A stretch of 64,000 nt of DNA from Parvibaculum sp. (GTDB lineage Bacteria; Pseudomonadota; Alphaproteobacteria; Parvibaculales; Parvibaculaceae): positions 64,361-128,360 of the forward strand of contig JAVJOG010000008.1 in assembly GCA_040216885.1 (NCBI GenBank). Direction: 5' to 3'. Shown here in pieces: positions 29,161 to 38,466 of this stretch. The position numbers and the translations under genes were made by a program. Below the pieces are notes generated by a model, which was not told the origin of the DNA, searched no databases, and saw only the letters and a program-made list of their open reading frames with translations. Positions within the stretch are counted from its first letter, which is position 1, and each line of letters starts with the position of its first letter.

Positions 29161-29832
29161 TCAGAAACCGCTGAACGTCACGAATTCCTCGAGCGGCGCG
29201 CGATCCGTGCGCAATTGGTTAATGGGGGCTGCCTCATCCATGTAGCCGAGCCCCATACCGCAGAAGAGCATAAGCTCTTCCGGTATCCCGACAAACTCCC
29301 CGACCGTCTTGTACCAGATCGCCCAGGCTTCCTGCGGCGCGGTGTGCAGCCCGTGCTCGCGCGCGGCCAGCATCACCGACTGGATGAACATGCCGAGGTC
29401 GGACCATTGACCGAGGCCCATCTGCCGGTCGATGGCGAAGAACATTGCGACCGGCGCGTCGAAGAGGCGGAAGTTGCGCGAGAATTGTTGCAGGCGCCCT
29501 GCCTTGTCCTCGCGCGTCACGCCGATGGTCGCATACATGTCCTCGCCGCATTTGAAGCGGCGGGCCTTGTAGGGATCGGTCAGGCCCTTCGGATAGATGT
29601 CGTATTCGGTGCCTTCGCCGAAGGGGCTATCCTTCTGCTTCTCCGCCACGATGGCCAGAAATTCCTTCAGCCGGTCGCCGGCCACCACATAGACATGCCA
29701 GGGCTGCAGGTTGCCGCCGGACGGTGCGTATTTTGCCTCTTCGAGAATCTGGCGGACGGTTGCCTCGGGCACCGGCTTGTCGAGAAAGGAGCGGCAGGTG
29801 ATGCGGCTCTTCAGCGCTTCGGAGACTTTCAT
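29161..29832 (-). CDS. Nitroreductase family protein
   Basis: SRITCRSFL, APSGGNLQPW, FDAPV, DLGMFIQSVMLAA. Confidence 0.92.
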   Translation of the reverse strand: MKVSEALKSRITCRSFLDKPVPEATVRQILEEAKYAPSGGNLQPWHVYVVAGDRLKEFLAIVAEKQKDSPFGEGTEYDIYPKGLTDPYKARRFKCGEDMYATIGVTREDKAGRLQQFSRNFRLFDAPVAMFFAIDRQMGLGQWSDLGMFIQSVMLAAREHGLHTAPQEAWAIWYKTVGEFVGIPEELMLFCGMGLGYMDEAAPINQLRTDRAPLEEFVTFSGF

Positions 29833-29861
29833 CGAGTGTACTCTCTCTTCGGTTGCAAATT

Positions 29862-30875
29862 CTATCGCGCCGTCACATAGGGCCAGAGCGCATCGGCCCC
29901 GCGCGCGATCGTCTCGCGGCCGAGGCTTTCAGCCCATTCCGCGCCGGCGCCGAACTCGGCGCGCCACGACCAGAGGCGGCGCGTCGCGAAATGGAGCCCG
30001 TGCTCGTAGGTGAAGCCGATCGCGCCATGCACCTGATGGGCGATCGATGTGGCGATGCTCGAGGCATCGTCGGCGCGGATTTTCGCCACCGCAATCTCGA
30101 ATGCCGCATCGCCCTTGTTCAGACTTGCACAGGCATGATCGGCGGCGATGCCGGCGGCGGCGGCTTGCGTCGCCAGCACCGCAAGCTGCTGCTGGATCGC
30201 CTGGAATTTGCCGATGGGTTTGCCGAATTGCGTGCGCTCATTGGCATAAGCAACCGTCTGCGCCGCCAGATAATCGAGCGCCCCGGCCATCTGGCACGCG
30301 CGGATCAGCGCTCCGAAGAGACGCAGCGCATTCTCCGGCAGTGCGACGGATGCCGATTGCACCGTTACGTTCTTCAGCGTCACGGCATCGCGCGGCTCGC
30401 GCGCCACATTGATGTCCGGGGCAATCGCGGCACCGGCGAGCGGCGCCAGCACAATTTCCGCGCCGACCAGCGCCACGCCATGCGCCGCGTTGCGGCCCCA
30501 GGGCACACGCGGCGCCGTACCTGAAAGCTTCCCGCCGGCGAGCGCGAAGTTGCCTTCCATCACCGTCAGCACGCCGTCGGGCGCGGGGATGCCGGATTCC
30601 GCCAGCAGCCAATGTGCGAGCACCGCTTCGGCGAGCGGCAGCGGCGCGACGTGGCGGCCCGCCGCTTTCAGCACGATGGCCGCGTCGGCCCATGTGCCGC
30701 CCGCGCCGCCCTCGGCTTCCGGCGCCAGCACGCGGGTCAGCCCGTTCGCTTCGAGTTCATTCCACAAATCTTCGGGCCAGGTGCCATCCTCGGCCTTCTG
30801 GATCAGGTCCCTGGTCACACGTTCGGCCAGCAAGCCGTTGACGCTGTCTGCGAGGATCGTCTGCAATTCGTTCAT
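29862..30875 (-). CDS. Acyl-CoA dehydrogenase family protein (short subunit)
   Basis: YANERTQFGKPIGKFQAIQ, HQVHGAIGFTYEH; 337 aa. Confidence 0.9.
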   Translation of the reverse strand: MNELQTILADSVNGLLAERVTRDLIQKAEDGTWPEDLWNELEANGLTRVLAPEAEGGAGGTWADAAIVLKAAGRHVAPLPLAEAVLAHWLLAESGIPAPDGVLTVMEGNFALAGGKLSGTAPRVPWGRNAAHGVALVGAEIVLAPLAGAAIAPDINVAREPRDAVTLKNVTVQSASVALPENALRLFGALIRACQMAGALDYLAAQTVAYANERTQFGKPIGKFQAIQQQLAVLATQAAAAGIAADHACASLNKGDAAFEIAVAKIRADDASSIATSIAHQVHGAIGFTYEHGLHFATRRLWSWRAEFGAGAEWAESLGRETIARGADALWPYVTAR

Positions 30876-30885
30876 CTGCCGCTCC

Positions 30886-32037
30886 TCACCGCAGTCCGAG
30901 CCCGCGGGCGATGATGCCGCGCAGGATTTCGCGCGTACCGCCGCGCAACGAAAATGACGGCGTCGTCTGCGTCAGGTAGCCCAGCACCTGTTCGTAGTCG
31001 CTGCCCGCGCCGACGGTGGGCTCGATCCCCAGCAGTTCATGCGCGCGGACCGGCATGTCCTGCTCGAAGATTGCGCCGAGGTCTTTCACTACCGATGCCT
31101 CGAGCGCCGGGTTCTCGCCCTTGTCGAGCAGGCCCGCGACCGAGAGCGACATCTGCCGCAGCGTCACCAGATGCGCGACGAGGCGGCCGATCTCGCGCGC
31201 GCCTTCCGTGCCGCCGCGCTTTTCGAGTTCCCGGATCATCTCGACCATCAGGATGAAGCTCGAAAGATAGCGCTCGGGACCGGAGCGTTCGAAGGCGAGT
31301 TCCGCCGTCACCTGGTTCCAACCGCCGCCTTCGGTGCCGACCATCATCTCGTCGGGCACAAAGGCGTCCTCGAACACCACCTCGTTGAAATGCGACTTGC
31401 CGGCGAGGTCCTTGATCGGGCGGACGGTGATGCCGTCCGTCGTCTTCATGTCGACGAGGAACTGCGTCAGCCCCGCATGCTTGTTCTGCGGATCGAGATG
31501 GGTGCGAAAAAGACCGATCATGTAATGCGCGGTGTGGGCGCCCGAAGTCCACAGCTTGGTGCCGTTGACCTTGTAGCCGCCGTCGACCTTTTCGGCGCGG
31601 GTGCGCGTCGCGGCAAGGTCCGAGCCCGAATCCGGTTCCGACATGCCGATGCAGAAATAGCATTCCCCCTTGGCGACGCGCGGCAGGATTTTCTGGCGCT
31701 GTTCCTCGGTGCCGAAGCGCATCAGGAGCGGGCCCGACTGCCGGTCGCCGATCCAGTGCGCGCCGACAGGCGCGCCGGCCGCCAGCATTTCTTCCAGCAC
31801 CACATAGCGATCGAAGGCGCTGCGCTCATGGCCGCCATACTTCTTCGGCCAGGTCATCGCGATCCAGCCCTTCGCGCCCATCTTGCGGCTGAAGTCGGGA
31901 TCGGAGCCCGACCAGGTCTGCGCCCGCGTCACCGCCGGCACGTGAGCCAGCTCCGTGGCGAGGAAGGCGCTCACATCCTTGCGCAAGCCCTTCGTTTCGC
32001 CGGGCAGTTCACACAGATCGAAGCGGAAGGCCTGCAT
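30886..32037 (-). CDS. Acyl-CoA dehydrogenase family protein (long subunit)
   Basis: GMSEPDSGSDLAA, NGTKLWTS, HFNEVVFED, SLRGGTREILR. Confidence 0.92.
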   Translation of the reverse strand: MQAFRFDLCELPGETKGLRKDVSAFLATELAHVPAVTRAQTWSGSDPDFSRKMGAKGWIAMTWPKKYGGHERSAFDRYVVLEEMLAAGAPVGAHWIGDRQSGPLLMRFGTEEQRQKILPRVAKGECYFCIGMSEPDSGSDLAATRTRAEKVDGGYKVNGTKLWTSGAHTAHYMIGLFRTHLDPQNKHAGLTQFLVDMKTTDGITVRPIKDLAGKSHFNEVVFEDAFVPDEMMVGTEGGGWNQVTAELAFERSGPERYLSSFILMVEMIRELEKRGGTEGAREIGRLVAHLVTLRQMSLSVAGLLDKGENPALEASVVKDLGAIFEQDMPVRAHELLGIEPTVGAGSDYEQVLGYLTQTTPSFSLRGGTREILRGIIARGLGLR

Positions 32038-32046
32038 CTCTTCTCC

Positions 32047-32838
32047 TCACGTCACCAATGCGGTCGTACCGCCGTCGATCCGGATATTGAGCGCATTGAT
32101 CGCGCCCGCTTTCGGGCTGACGACGAAAGCCACCAGATCGGCGATTTCCTCGGGCAGCGGAATTTTCCCCGTCAGGTTACCCATGAAATTCTTCAGCACA
32201 TGCGGCTCGACCTCATCCCATGTCGCGCCCCAGCCGCGCTCGCGGCCCTGCGCGATGAAGCGTTCTTCCACTTCCCTGGTACGGATCAGGCCGGGCGAGA
32301 CGAGATTGACGGTGATGCCGCTCGATTTCAGTTCCTTCGCCAGCGAAATCGTCATCGTCGCCAGCGCGCCCTTCGACGCATAATATTGCGGCATGCGTGC
32401 GGCGGGCTCCGTCGAGCCGATGGTGCCCAGCATCACGATGCGGCCCCAGCCCTTGCGCTTCATTGCGCCCATGAAGGCCCGCGTCAGGCGCATCGCCGAC
32501 AGCACGTTCTTCTCATAGGCCTCGATCCAGTCCGGCGTTTCGGATTTCGTCCATGAGCCGGTGTCGGCGGTGCCGTAATTGTTGACGAGAATATCGACAT
32601 CGCCCGCGGCCGCGGCGACTTCCGCCGCGCCGTTATCGTTCAATATGTCGCCGGCGATCCCCTTCGCCGAAAAGCCGGCGGCGCGAATCTCGGCGGCCAC
32701 GGCATCGGCGGGCCCTTGCTCGAAACCGTGCACGAACACATGCGCGCCCTCGCGCGCCAACGCATGAGCGATGGCGCGGCCGGTGCCGCGATGCGCGCCC
32801 GAAACAAGCGCCGTCTTGCCGGTGAGTTGAAGGTCCAT
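32047..32838 (-). CDS. Short-chain dehydrogenase/reductase
   Basis: SGAHRGTG cofactor motif, LVNNYG, YYASK catalytic motif, IRIDGG. Confidence 0.9.
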   Translation of the reverse strand: MDLQLTGKTALVSGAHRGTGRAIAHALAREGAHVFVHGFEQGPADAVAAEIRAAGFSAKGIAGDILNDNGAAEVAAAAGDVDILVNNYGTADTGSWTKSETPDWIEAYEKNVLSAMRLTRAFMGAMKRKGWGRIVMLGTIGSTEPAARMPQYYASKGALATMTISLAKELKSSGITVNLVSPGLIRTREVEERFIAQGRERGWGATWDEVEPHVLKNFMGNLTGKIPLPEEIADLVAFVVSPKAGAINALNIRIDGGTTALVT

Positions 32839-32979
32839 AAACGCCGATCCTGCCCTGCCGCCCCTCATCGTCCGGAGGCGTTTCTAGCAGCATATGGTTC
32901 GCCTGTCCGCGTGGGAACAGAAGCGTGCGGGTCTTGAAGGGAAATTGGTTGCAGGAAAGAGCCTCAAGCGCGCGGTGGA

Positions 32980-33195
32980 TCAGAATTCCGCTGCGGTAAG
33001 CGACACCGGCACGACATTGGACGCGACGGGTGCGGCGGCTGTCGCGGGCGACAGCGATGCGAGGCTGAACAGGGCGGGATAGGACTTGCCGGTATAGACG
33101 CCGGCCGAGAAGACGGTGGTTGCGACGACGCAAATGCCCGCCACCGCCAGCATGCGACGGCGTGACCGGCGATTGTAAAAAATCTTCCGCGCCAT
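32980..33195 (-). CDS. Small hypothetical single-TM protein
   Basis: GAGGGG RBS, basic N-terminus followed by a hydrophobic segment; AT-rich upstream region. Confidence 0.55.
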   Translation of the reverse strand: MARKIFYNRRSRRRMLAVAGICVVATTVFSAGVYTGKSYPALFSLASLSPATAAAPVASNVVPVSLTAAEF

Positions 33196-33400
33196 TGAAG
33201 TTTCCCCTCATTCGTTCGAACCGGCGATGGCCGGCCGTCCGGGGTACGCTACAATTGCGATTTTAGGGATTGCGCCCTAATGAACCTCTAATAAACTGTG
33301 GTGAATCTTAAATTCCGAGTGCGGAAAACCCGCCAAAACCGGTGCCCCGCGCCGCGCCGGCCTTCAAATGGCGCGGCGTGGCGGCGGGAATCCGGCCGGT

Positions 33401-33580
33401 TTAGCGACGGCGGATATTGCCGACATTGAGGGCCAGAAAGTCGACAATGCGGACGATCTTGCCGACGATCTTGTCGTCCTTCTGCGTCGGCGTGGCGGCG
33501 GCGACGGCGGATGCGGCGCCGATGACGGCGAGCAACGGTTCGATCCAGCCGAGCAGCGTATCGAGGAAGAGAAAGTTCAT
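33401..33580 (-). CDS. Small holin-like membrane protein (59 aa)
   Basis: AAAGGA RBS; MNFLFLDTLLGWIEPLLAVIGAASAVAAATPTQKDDKIVGKIVRIVDFLALNVGNIRRR; TPTxxDD...LALN pattern of small phage membrane proteins; basic C-terminus. Confidence 0.6.
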   Translation of the reverse strand: MNFLFLDTLLGWIEPLLAVIGAASAVAAATPTQKDDKIVGKIVRIVDFLALNVGNIRRR

Positions 33581-33633
33581 ACCGGGGTTCCTTTCGGGGT
33601 TGGGCCCTGCGCGGCGAGCGGCTGCCCGGCGCA

Positions 33634-34005
33634 TCAGGGCGGGTAAAAGAAGTGCTTTCCTATCAGTGCATTCGGCGCGGTCTGGCTCGCCCAGCGCGGA
33701 CAATCCGTATGCGAATGAAAGCGCGTGGCGCCGCGCGTCGGGTCGGGGGCATCGCCCGTCCATGCGCGGCAGGCGGCGCCGAGCGCGCGCCAGAAGGCCG
33801 GATCGGCAAAATCGGACTTCGTCGGTGTGAAGCGGCCGTCGCCGGGACGGCTTCGGGTGCCCGCGCGCCGGTTCAGCACCGCCCAGGCGAGCGCCACGCA
33901 GGCTTCCTCGCCGTCGTTTCCGGCCGCGTCGCGCACGATCGCCGCGAGCGCCGCCATTTCGGCAAGCGTCGGCATCCGGTCGAAAAGGTCCCTCGCCCCG
34001 CCCAT
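33634..34005 (-). CDS. SleB/Hydrolase_2-like cell wall hydrolase (degenerate active-site motif)
   Basis: A.AWAVLNR, DPTRGATRFH, P.WA, IGKHFFY motifs; GGAGG RBS; EARGE motif replaced by DAAGND. Confidence 0.7.
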   Translation of the reverse strand: MGGARDLFDRMPTLAEMAALAAIVRDAAGNDGEEACVALAWAVLNRRAGTRSRPGDGRFTPTKSDFADPAFWRALGAACRAWTGDAPDPTRGATRFHSHTDCPRWASQTAPNALIGKHFFYPP

Positions 34006-34032
34006 GGCTGTGGCCTCCATATCTAGGATTTT

Positions 34033-34069
34033 GTTCCCATATATCAGAACAAATCGGGAACATTGTCAA
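34033..34069 (-). promoter_or_regulatory. Sigma70 promoter with alphaproteobacterial LexA (SOS) box
   Basis: Minus strand TTGACA-atGTTCccgatttGTTC-tgatatatgg; GTTC-N7-GTTC at 34047-34061 lies between -35 and -10; extra inverted half-site at 34033-34036. Confidence 0.8.
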
Positions 34070-34109
34070 GCGAAAGCCGCGCCGCGATGGCGCCGAATTG
34101 GAGAAGTCG

Positions 34110-37100
34110 TCAGAGGGCGGCGGTTGCGTGGCCGCCGGTGCCGCGGCCGAAGCGCGCGCTCACCTGGTAGACGGAGATTTCGAGCGCCGGAAAATCGGCG
34201 TTGCCGAAATCGGCAATCTGTTCGGCCATGCCGTATGCCGCGCGCGGCTCGATCGCCGCGATGATGCGCTTCACCGTTGCGCCGTCGCGAATTTCGACTT
34301 CGTAGCGTTCGGCCTCCTCGGCGAGCGGCACGTCGAGGCCGGTCCAACTGTCGCCGCCGATGCGTGTGCGCCGGATCCATGCGATCTCGATGCCGCCATC
34401 CGCGGCGCGCCGCGCCCGCAGATGCACGGGGCTCAGCGGGCGCAGTCCCACGCCCTCGAAAGCGCGTGTCACGCTTGCATAGGTTTCGTCGTCGCGCGGC
34501 AGCGGCGCGGGACCGTAAGCCCAGACGCGCGCGAGGCCGCGCTCGGCGTCGCTCAGCCCGAGTTCGCTCACCGCGTCGTCGAGCAGCACGAAGCGCGCGC
34601 CGGGCGCAAGCGGTGCGCGCATCGCCGCTTCGCTGCCCGCCTGTCCGCGCAACAACCCGGAAAGTTTCATCTCGCCCGCTGCGACCAGCAGCGCCTCGCG
34701 GAACTGCACTATCTCCCAGTCGCCTTCCGGCGTTTCGAGCGCGGCGGCATTGGCGCCCGCCAGCACCGACAGGGCGTCGGCGCTGGCCAACTCGCCGCTC
34801 GACAGCGCGACGGTGAATTCATTGACTTCATCCCAGCGACCGACCGGCCCGGGCATCAGCGGCGTCAGCGTGTGGCCCAGCGTCGCGGCCCGCGTCGCCA
34901 CGCGGTCGAACGCAAAACCCGCGCCGGCGCTCTTGAAGAAGGCGATGCCGCCCGGCCAGGGATCGGCCGCCACCGCGACACGCGGCGCATGCGGCGTCTC
35001 CTCGCCGGTCAGCAGCGGCAAATCCATGAAGACCGCCAGCGGCGTACCGTAATTCGGCGCGACGGCCGGCCGGCCGATGCGGACCGGCGCCATCACCGGC
35101 CCGTAAAGGCTCGCCTCGCTCTCGACGCCGCGGGCCTCGCGCGCGCCGGCATCGGAAATTTCGGTCAGGCGGAGGCGCGCGGCGCGATGCGGCAGATCGA
35201 GCGTCACCACATCGCCCGGATCGAGCGCCAGAAGGCTCGGCGGCAGCGACAGCGCCGCCCGCTCGCGTTCGCTCCACGCTTTCTGCATCCATATATCGGC
35301 GATGCCTTGGGCGGCGGCTTGCGTCAGCACCATCGGCAGCGTCGTTGCCGCCACCCGCTCGCTGCTGCCTGCGAGCCGCCTTGCCTCGACCGCCGCCTGC
35401 CGGTAGTCGCCGCCGCCGTCGATATAGGCGAGCTTGGCGGCGAGCGGCAGTTCGGTTTCCTGTCCGCGCGTCAGCGCATAGCCGGGCGCCGCGCTGGCCT
35501 CGCCCACCGCCAGCATCTCCGGCGTCAGCGCGACAACGGGCGCATCGCCGAAATGGCGGAAGCGAATCAGGCCTTGCGTCTCGGCCGCGTCGAAGAAATG
35601 CGCCAGCATCAACGGTTCGAGCGCGGCGCGCGGCGACATGATGCGGTCGATGACGAAGCCCTCGACCGTGCCGCCGAGTTCGCTCACATCGAAATCCTCA
35701 AAGCCCGCCTCGCGCATGATTGCGGCGGCGAGGTCGGCCAAGGGTGCCGCGCCCATGCGGCCGTTCAGCCAGTGGCCGAGCCGCCAGTTTTCGCCATCGG
35801 CCCAGATGTCGGTGCGATCCGGGAAGGCCGGAAAGGGCCGCGCGTCCCAGGTCCAGAGAAAAATTCGCGCCGGATCGACCATGCGTCCGCCGTAAACCGC
35901 CGACAGCGGATTGGCGCCCGCGACATGACCCGCATGTGCCGGGTCCCAATACGACATTTGCGCCTCGATGAAGCGGCGCTGCATGAAATCGTCCCGCGTG
36001 CCGCGCGAGAAATGCGGCAGCGCGCTTTCGGCCGATTTCGGATCGACAAAGACGTTGGGCTGGTTCGTGCCCTTGTCGACCGCCGGGCAGCCGAGTTCGG
36101 TGAACCAGACCGGCTTCGATTGCGGCACCCAGACGGTCGGCGTCGCTGCCTCCGCGCCGCCGGGCCGGTTGCAATGTTCGTTCTGCCACCAGGATTTGAT
36201 GTCCTTCGCCCGCCACACCCAGGGCTTGCCATGCGCGCCGTCCGCGATCGGCGTGCGGATTTGCGCGGCGCGGTCGCTCTCGCTCGCATAATACCAGTCG
36301 AAACCCTCGCCGCCCGCGATGCGGCCCCGCAGATAGTCGAGATCGTAGATCGAGCGCCAGCCCACCACGGCATCGAGATGCGCGTGGCCGTCGCGCCAGT
36401 CGGTCAGCGGCGCATAATTGTCGATGCCGATGAAATCGACATTGGCGTCGGCCCAGAGCGGATCGAGATGAAAATAGAGATCGCCGGTGCCGTCGCCCGG
36501 CGCGTGGCCCGCATATTCCGACCAGTCGGCCGCATAGGAAATTTTCGTCGCCGGTCCGAGGATCGCGCGCACATCGGCGGCGAGCGTCTTCAGCGCCGCG
36601 ACGGCCGGATAGATGCCGGCGGCGCTGCGCACTTGCGTCAGCGCCCTCAGTTCCGAGCCGATCAGGAAGGCGTCGACGCCGCCGGCTTGCGCGCAGAGAT
36701 TTGCGTAATGCAGCACCATGCGGCGGTACGACCATTCGCTGCCCGCCGGCGACGCGCTGCCGAAAAATGCCGCAACCTGCGTTGCCGCCGCGCTTGTCTT
36801 GTCGGGCGTGCCGTCGCGGGTAGGCGCCGGGTCGCAGGTGATGCGCCCGCGCCACGGATAGGCGGCTTGCGCGCCCGCCGCGCTCCAGGGGTCGGGCAGT
36901 TCGTTGCCGGCCGCCACGTCCATCATCACGAAGGGATAGAAAACCGCCGCCAGCCCGCGCGCCTTGATGTCCTGCAACGCACGCACCACCGAGGCGTCCG
37001 ACGGCGTGCCGCCATAGGCCGGGCGGCCGTCGATCTGGCTCACGGTTTGCGCGGCGGCGCGCGTGAGCCCGGCGACCGACCAGTGTCCCGGCTGCGTGAT

Positions 37101-38018
37101 CTTGTGGCCGATCTCGACCCTGGGTCTGACGCTGCAATGTCCGCAGCGCAGATCGTCGCCGAACCAGCTCACCACCAGCGACACGGCCTTTGCGTTCGGG
37201 CAGGTCGCCTCGAGATCGTCGAGCGCCATGTGCCAGTCGGCACGGGCATCGGATGTATGCACGTTCAGCGCCCGGCTCGACGTCTCGCTGAGGATTTCGC
37301 GCTGCGGGCCCGTGTCGTAGACGAATTCGCCCGCGCCGGGGATCATCGTCACCGCGCGCACCAGCCCCTCCACATCGCTCAGTGTGCGGAACACCTCGAA
37401 GCTCAGTTGCGGGATACGGTTGCCGAAGGGCGTCACGTCCATGTCCTCGAAGACGACATAGGCCGTGCCGCGATAGGCGGGCGCGGCGTCGGCGCCCTCT
37501 ATCGCCTCGATCAGCGGATCGGGGCCCTCGTCCGCGCCGCCCTTGTGCAGCCGCCAGGTCAGTCGCCCGCACGGCAGCGGCTTGCCGTCGGCCCAGATGC
37601 GGCCGATGCGCGTCACCTCGCCCTCGCAAAGGCCGACCGCGAAGGAAATGCTGTAGCTGTATTCGGTGACAGTCGCCGACGATCCGCCGCCGCCCTTGCC
37701 GCCGCCCGAAGAGCGCCGGTTGACATGCTCCTTGTAGTCGGTCGCCCAGATCACCTGCCCCGCCAGCCGCGCGCGGCCGTAAACGCGCGGCACCGGCGCG
37801 CCCTCGGTCGAGGCCATCACATGCAGATCGTTGAGGCGCGGGCCTTCGGCGCTTGCCGACGAACCGAAAAGTTGCCCGTCGACATAGGAGCCGATGCCGG
37901 CGCCGATCGCGCCGCCCAGCGCCGCGCCGCCGATGGTCGCGCCGAAAAAGCTCAGGCCCGACGGCAGCAGCGCGCCGCCGATGGCCGAACCGACGGAGGA
38001 GAGAACGAGTGTCGCCAT
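34110..38018 (-). CDS. GTA baseplate multidomain protein (megatron, RcGTA g15-like)
   Basis: 1302 aa; MATLVL, EGPRL, YSYSISFAVGLCEG, GGVDAFLIGSE, YAADWSEY, WTWDARPFP, WIRRTR. Confidence 0.93.
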   Translation of the reverse strand: MATLVLSSVGSAIGGALLPSGLSFFGATIGGAALGGAIGAGIGSYVDGQLFGSSASAEGPRLNDLHVMASTEGAPVPRVYGRARLAGQVIWATDYKEHVNRRSSGGGKGGGGSSATVTEYSYSISFAVGLCEGEVTRIGRIWADGKPLPCGRLTWRLHKGGADEGPDPLIEAIEGADAAPAYRGTAYVVFEDMDVTPFGNRIPQLSFEVFRTLSDVEGLVRAVTMIPGAGEFVYDTGPQREILSETSSRALNVHTSDARADWHMALDDLEATCPNAKAVSLVVSWFGDDLRCGHCSVRPRVEIGHKITQPGHWSVAGLTRAAAQTVSQIDGRPAYGGTPSDASVVRALQDIKARGLAAVFYPFVMMDVAAGNELPDPWSAAGAQAAYPWRGRITCDPAPTRDGTPDKTSAAATQVAAFFGSASPAGSEWSYRRMVLHYANLCAQAGGVDAFLIGSELRALTQVRSAAGIYPAVAALKTLAADVRAILGPATKISYAADWSEYAGHAPGDGTGDLYFHLDPLWADANVDFIGIDNYAPLTDWRDGHAHLDAVVGWRSIYDLDYLRGRIAGGEGFDWYYASESDRAAQIRTPIADGAHGKPWVWRAKDIKSWWQNEHCNRPGGAEAATPTVWVPQSKPVWFTELGCPAVDKGTNQPNVFVDPKSAESALPHFSRGTRDDFMQRRFIEAQMSYWDPAHAGHVAGANPLSAVYGGRMVDPARIFLWTWDARPFPAFPDRTDIWADGENWRLGHWLNGRMGAAPLADLAAAIMREAGFEDFDVSELGGTVEGFVIDRIMSPRAALEPLMLAHFFDAAETQGLIRFRHFGDAPVVALTPEMLAVGEASAAPGYALTRGQETELPLAAKLAYIDGGGDYRQAAVEARRLAGSSERVAATTLPMVLTQAAAQGIADIWMQKAWSERERAALSLPPSLLALDPGDVVTLDLPHRAARLRLTEISDAGAREARGVESEASLYGPVMAPVRIGRPAVAPNYGTPLAVFMDLPLLTGEETPHAPRVAVAADPWPGGIAFFKSAGAGFAFDRVATRAATLGHTLTPLMPGPVGRWDEVNEFTVALSSGELASADALSVLAGANAAALETPEGDWEIVQFREALLVAAGEMKLSGLLRGQAGSEAAMRAPLAPGARFVLLDDAVSELGLSDAERGLARVWAYGPAPLPRDDETYASVTRAFEGVGLRPLSPVHLRARRAADGGIEIAWIRRTRIGGDSWTGLDVPLAEEAERYEVEIRDGATVKRIIAAIEPRAAYGMAEQIADFGNADFPALEISVYQVSARFGRGTGGHATAAL

Positions 38019-38021
38019 GCT

Positions 38022-38465
38022 TTAGTCTTCCATGCCGGGAAAGCGGAACGCGAAGGCGGCGCGCGCGCGCCACCAGCGGCCCATCGCCGTTTCGACGACC
38101 GCATGACCCGACCAGGCGTGGATCATCCTGTCGGCGCCGCTCAGGATCGCGGCATGCTTCGCCGGACCGCCGTCGCGCATGCGGAACAGCATCACGTCGC
38201 CCGCGCCCGCATCCGCCGCCGCAATCTCGATCATGTGCCGCCGTGCGGCTTCCGCCATCGTCTCGCGCGCGCCGCCGCCCGGCCACTCGGCCCAGTCGGC
38301 CGTATAGGGCGGCGGCAATTCCGGCTCGGCGCCCATCGTCTCGCGCCAGACGCCGCGCACAAGACCGAGGCAATCGGTGCCGGCGCCTTTCAGGCTCGCC
38401 TGATGGCGATAGGGCGTGCCGATCCAGCCGCGCGCCGCGTCCACGATATCCTCGCGTCTCGTCAT
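38022..38465 (-). CDS. GTA NlpC/P60 cell wall peptidase (g14-like)
   Basis: ARGWIGTPYRHQAS..G.DCLGLVRGVWR, AKHAAI, IHAW. Confidence 0.92.
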   Translation of the reverse strand: MTRREDIVDAARGWIGTPYRHQASLKGAGTDCLGLVRGVWRETMGAEPELPPPYTADWAEWPGGGARETMAEAARRHMIEIAAADAGAGDVMLFRMRDGGPAKHAAILSGADRMIHAWSGHAVVETAMGRWWRARAAFAFRFPGMED

Positions 38466-38466
38466 G

